Made by a program: the position numbers and the translations under genes. Below the pieces are notes generated by a model, which ran no database searches, was not told where the DNA came from, and saw only the letters and a list, made by a program, of their open reading frames with translations. Shown here piece by piece: positions 61,061 through 64,000 of a stretch of DNA of 64,000 nucleotides; within the stretch, counting starts at the first letter, position 1; each line of letters begins with the position of its first letter. The stretch covers positions 3,527 to 67,526 of the IMG/VR virus record IMGVR_UViG_3300037249_000571, one strand, 5' to 3'. This DNA comes from a virus (Duplodnaviria > Caudoviricetes).

Positions 61061-64000
61061 TCAGCCGCGGCGGCGCGCTTTCGCTGCCCGCACGCCAAGG
61101 CTCTTGTCCATCTTGTCTACGATACCGCCCACCAATTCCCCTGAATCCAGCACCATTTCCCAATGCTCCATGGCGTCCTGCATCCTGTCGAGCCGGCTGT
61201 TGATGGAATCAACGATCCGGTTGATGCTGCTGCCATTTTGATTGGGATTGACGGCTGCCGCTGCGGGCACGTTGCCGCGTCCCACCAGGGCGGGCATGTT
61301 TCCGTTCAGGGATACGCCGTAGCCGCGCCCGAAGGCGCCGTGCATCCATTGCATCCCTTCTTCGATATTGCTCATGTCGATTACAGGGCGGATCACCGGC
61401 GTGGCGTCGATGCCTTCCGCCATAGCCAGAGAAAGCGGCTCCAATTCTTCCTTCATGGCTTGCAGGTAAGCGTCCGCTTCTTCCTCGCCTGTCCTGGTAA
61501 AGATGCTGCCATACCGATCCTGGCCTAACTCGAAGCCGTCGGCAATATAGCCCATCATTTCGATCATCGCTTTGGAAGGGCTTCCGATACGAGAGGCCCA
61601 TTTGAATCCGTTCAGATAGTTTCGGCCCGCCGCAGCACCCAATGCGAAGAATCGGCCCGAATTAGCCGAAGCACCGGCTGCCGCGCCGTTCGCCAGTTCA
61701 GAACCGGCGGAGTATGCGTTACCTTTATTCGCGTCTGCACCAAGGCCGAATGTGCTGAACAAATCGGTAAAGATAGTCAGATAGCTATCTTTTTCACCTT
61801 CCACGGTCTCTTTTCCGGTGTTCAGCATATCGGTCAACGGTTCCGTAATAGTGCTCAAATCCATTTCGGGAAACACGTCCCCGAGGCCGAGCTGAGAAAG
61901 ATAGCCGCCTACTGAATCCCAGGCGTTTTTCGCTTCTTCCTCGATCCCATCAACAAGATTAAGGTCTGATAGATCCGCAGTTCCGTCTCCGCTGCCCAAA
62001 TCAATTCCTCCAAGCGTAGCCGCGATTGCCGCCCGAATCTGGTCCGAGCCGCCTGTGATGCCAGCCACAATGGCAGTAATGATCGGAGAAGAATCAATGG
62101 ATAATGCGCCTTCGGAAATCCCTTCATTGATAGGGTTGGAGATATTGCTAAAGAAGCTGATAAAACCGCTCCAATCTGTCATGTCCTCCGTAGTTTCAAA
62201 GTAATTGTCCTGATCCCATTTGAAACCGAGAAGATGTGACAAATCCATCAAATCTCCACCCGAAATCTTCTGCAACAGATTGATGCTTTCGGCCAACATT
62301 TTAATAGCTTTTGCTCCGCGTTCAACGTTATCCAAATTTGTATTTTGTATTTTATCGCCAAATGTTTTTACAGCAGTACCAAAGTTACCTAATTCATCCC
62401 CAAGGCTCATCAATGTCTTTTCTCCAGCAAGCCATTGAGACAGAAAGGTAGCGTCGTTGATTTTGATGTTCGCAATTTCCTGCACTTTGCCAACAGCGTC
62501 CATCATCTTATTGAATCCGTCAATGTTTAACTCTGCACCGATTTCACCCAATTGATGGAGTTGATCCTGCAAATTGAGTATTTGTTCGGTTCCGTCTTCC
62601 AACGTTATTGTCTGTGGCATAAAAATGCTTGCAATTGGACTCACGATGCCAGCAAGAATCTGCCCAACACCCTCAAAGATCGCTCGAACAACCGCCGCGC
62701 CCTCCTGAATCCGATCAACAAGACCGGGATCAAGCTCCGTAAGCCAACTCAAGCCATACAGGATCGCGCCAATCATTACAGTGAACACGGCAATCGCAGC
62801 GCCCGCCGAAGCCGCTCCTTTTATACTTCCAGCCATACCAAGCTTGCTGAATACGCCAATGATGATGGAGAAAGCTGTCACGATACCGGAAAGCGACACA
62901 ATTGCAGAAATGCCTTGATTTAGCTTGTCAGTATCCATTTCGCCAAGCAGCTTCACGCCTACGATCAATCCTGCCAATCCTACCAGCAGCCCGCCAATGG
63001 AAAGTAAGCTGGAAAGCGGTCCCAAGAACTCATTCAATCCTTGTGAGAAGCTTGTCGGAGCCAGAGATTTGTTGATCAGCTGTCCGAGCCCTTCAAAAGC
63101 GGACACAAGTCCAGTCAGTGCGGCAACAGCCTCAACCGCCCCGACAAGCCGATCGGGTTTCACTTTGGAGAGCTCCACCACCGAATCGGTCATGCCGCGT
63201 AGAGCCACAACGAATGCCGTCATATCCCCGAGGTGGGAAAGCGCGGCTAATGGATCGCCGCCAATATTGCTGTTTACGAATGTCACAGCTTCTACCAGTG
63301 CCGTAAGGGCGGCGATCAGGCCAAAGTTGCTCCATTTTTCCTTCGTGTTCTCGATGCTATCAAGAAGAACCAGATCCTTGGACAAGCTGGAAATAGCCAT
63401 CACCATAGCGGTCAGGTTCGTAATAAACGACAGATCGATTTGCTGTTTGGTTCCAAGTCCGTCGTGTGTATTAACAAAGGTAACAGCTTCCATCAGCGCG
63501 GTAAGCGCAGCAATCAGCCCGAAATTTTCCCATTTTTGATCGGGATTCTTAAGGGTGTCAAACGTTTCCATAGCCTCAACCAATGTATTCAATTGAGTTA
63601 TGAACCCAATGGAAAGCTGAATTCGATTCAATGTTAATCCCGGTTTAATTGCATCAAACCAGGAGTTAGAAGCCTTTTCGGTAATGCTGAATACTTCCAT
63701 CAGGGCAGTAAGCGCAGCGACCAATCCGAAGTTTTCCCATTTCTGATCGGGATTCTTCAGATTGTCAAACGTCTGCATAGCGCCGACTAAAGTATTCAAC
63801 TGTGCAATAAACGAAATCGTAGTTCCAAGTTTCAATCCAGAAGAAAACTTACTGAATCCGCTTTTGATCCATGAACTTCCGGCTTTTTCGGTTAAATCAA
63901 ATACTTCCATCAGGGCGGTAAGCGCAGCGACCAATCCGAAGTTTTCCCATTTCTGATCGGGATTATTCAGGTTATCAAACGTCTGCATAGCGCCGACTAA
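61061..64000 (-). CDS. tape measure protein (5' part outside window)
   Basis: long Ala/Gly-rich helical repeats, 70-aa repeats, frame open to window edge, upstream of Dit. Confidence 0.85.
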   Translation of the reverse strand, partial: LVGAMQTFDNLNNPDQKWENFGLVAALTALMEVFDLTEKAGSSWIKSGFSKFSSGLKLGTTISFIAQLNTLVGAMQTFDNLKNPDQKWENFGLVAALTALMEVFSITEKASNSWFDAIKPGLTLNRIQLSIGFITQLNTLVEAMETFDTLKNPDQKWENFGLIAALTALMEAVTFVNTHDGLGTKQQIDLSFITNLTAMVMAISSLSKDLVLLDSIENTKEKWSNFGLIAALTALVEAVTFVNSNIGGDPLAALSHLGDMTAFVVALRGMTDSVVELSKVKPDRLVGAVEAVAALTGLVSAFEGLGQLINKSLAPTSFSQGLNEFLGPLSSLLSIGGLLVGLAGLIVGVKLLGEMDTDKLNQGISAIVSLSGIVTAFSIIIGVFSKLGMAGSIKGAASAGAAIAVFTVMIGAILYGLSWLTELDPGLVDRIQEGAAVVRAIFEGVGQILAGIVSPIASIFMPQTITLEDGTEQILNLQDQLHQLGEIGAELNIDGFNKMMDAVGKVQEIANIKINDATFLSQWLAGEKTLMSLGDELGNFGTAVKTFGDKIQNTNLDNVERGAKAIKMLAESINLLQKISGGDLMDLSHLLGFKWDQDNYFETTEDMTDWSGFISFFSNISNPINEGISEGALSIDSSPIITAIVAGITGGSDQIRAAIAATLGGIDLGSGDGTADLSDLNLVDGIEEEAKNAWDSVGGYLSQLGLGDVFPEMDLSTITEPLTDMLNTGKETVEGEKDSYLTIFTDLFSTFGLGADANKGNAYSAGSELANGAAAGASANSGRFFALGAAAGRNYLNGFKWASRIGSPSKAMIEMMGYIADGFELGQDRYGSIFTRTGEEEADAYLQAMKEELEPLSLAMAEGIDATPVIRPVIDMSNIEEGMQWMHGAFGRGYGVSLNGNMPALVGRGNVPAAAAVNPNQNGSSINRIVDSINSRLDRMQDAMEHWEMVLDSGELVGGIVDKMDKSLGVRAAKARRRG

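Overview
The whole window is bacteriophage DNA: a circularly permuted, nearly complete temperate siphovirus genome. The host is probably a Clostridia-type anaerobe, inferred from Firmicutes-style RBSs, a Dp-1-type holin and an anaerobic RNR. Essentially all real genes lie on the minus strand, with one plus-strand moron. Reading downward from 64000 the order is: tape measure (5' end outside the window), Dit, Tal, BppU-like protein, a 2058-aa adhesin that is the target of a complete diversity-generating retroelement (VR, TR, RT, Avd), lysis genes, tyrosine integrase, an intact attP (3' half of tRNA-Thr(GGT)), an array of small early genes each preceded by a repeated non-sigmaA promoter-like motif, replication and nucleotide genes, a 969-aa single-subunit two-barrel RNA polymerase (DFDGD), then packaging, head and tail genes. 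The replication block includes a helicase-primase-PolB fusion, SSB, an SF2 helicase and a split class III RNR. The most interesting candidate system is a self-contained transcription unit: the HTH-fused RNAP, ten copies of a TCCGCG-N16-TTATGR motif, and an L-x-H-(Y/H)-G leader shared between the RNAP and other putative head-cargo proteins, including a toxin with an adjacent immunity gene. Also notable are an NrdD lacking its glycyl-radical loop with that loop encoded as a separate 88-aa protein, a G12 tract inside a moron promoter, a probable -1 frameshift extending the capsid protein, and a 27-bp RNA stem upstream of terS. Family and DUF names come from motif recognition from memory, not from database searches. 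Start codons were adjusted from the ORF track where an RBS supported it.
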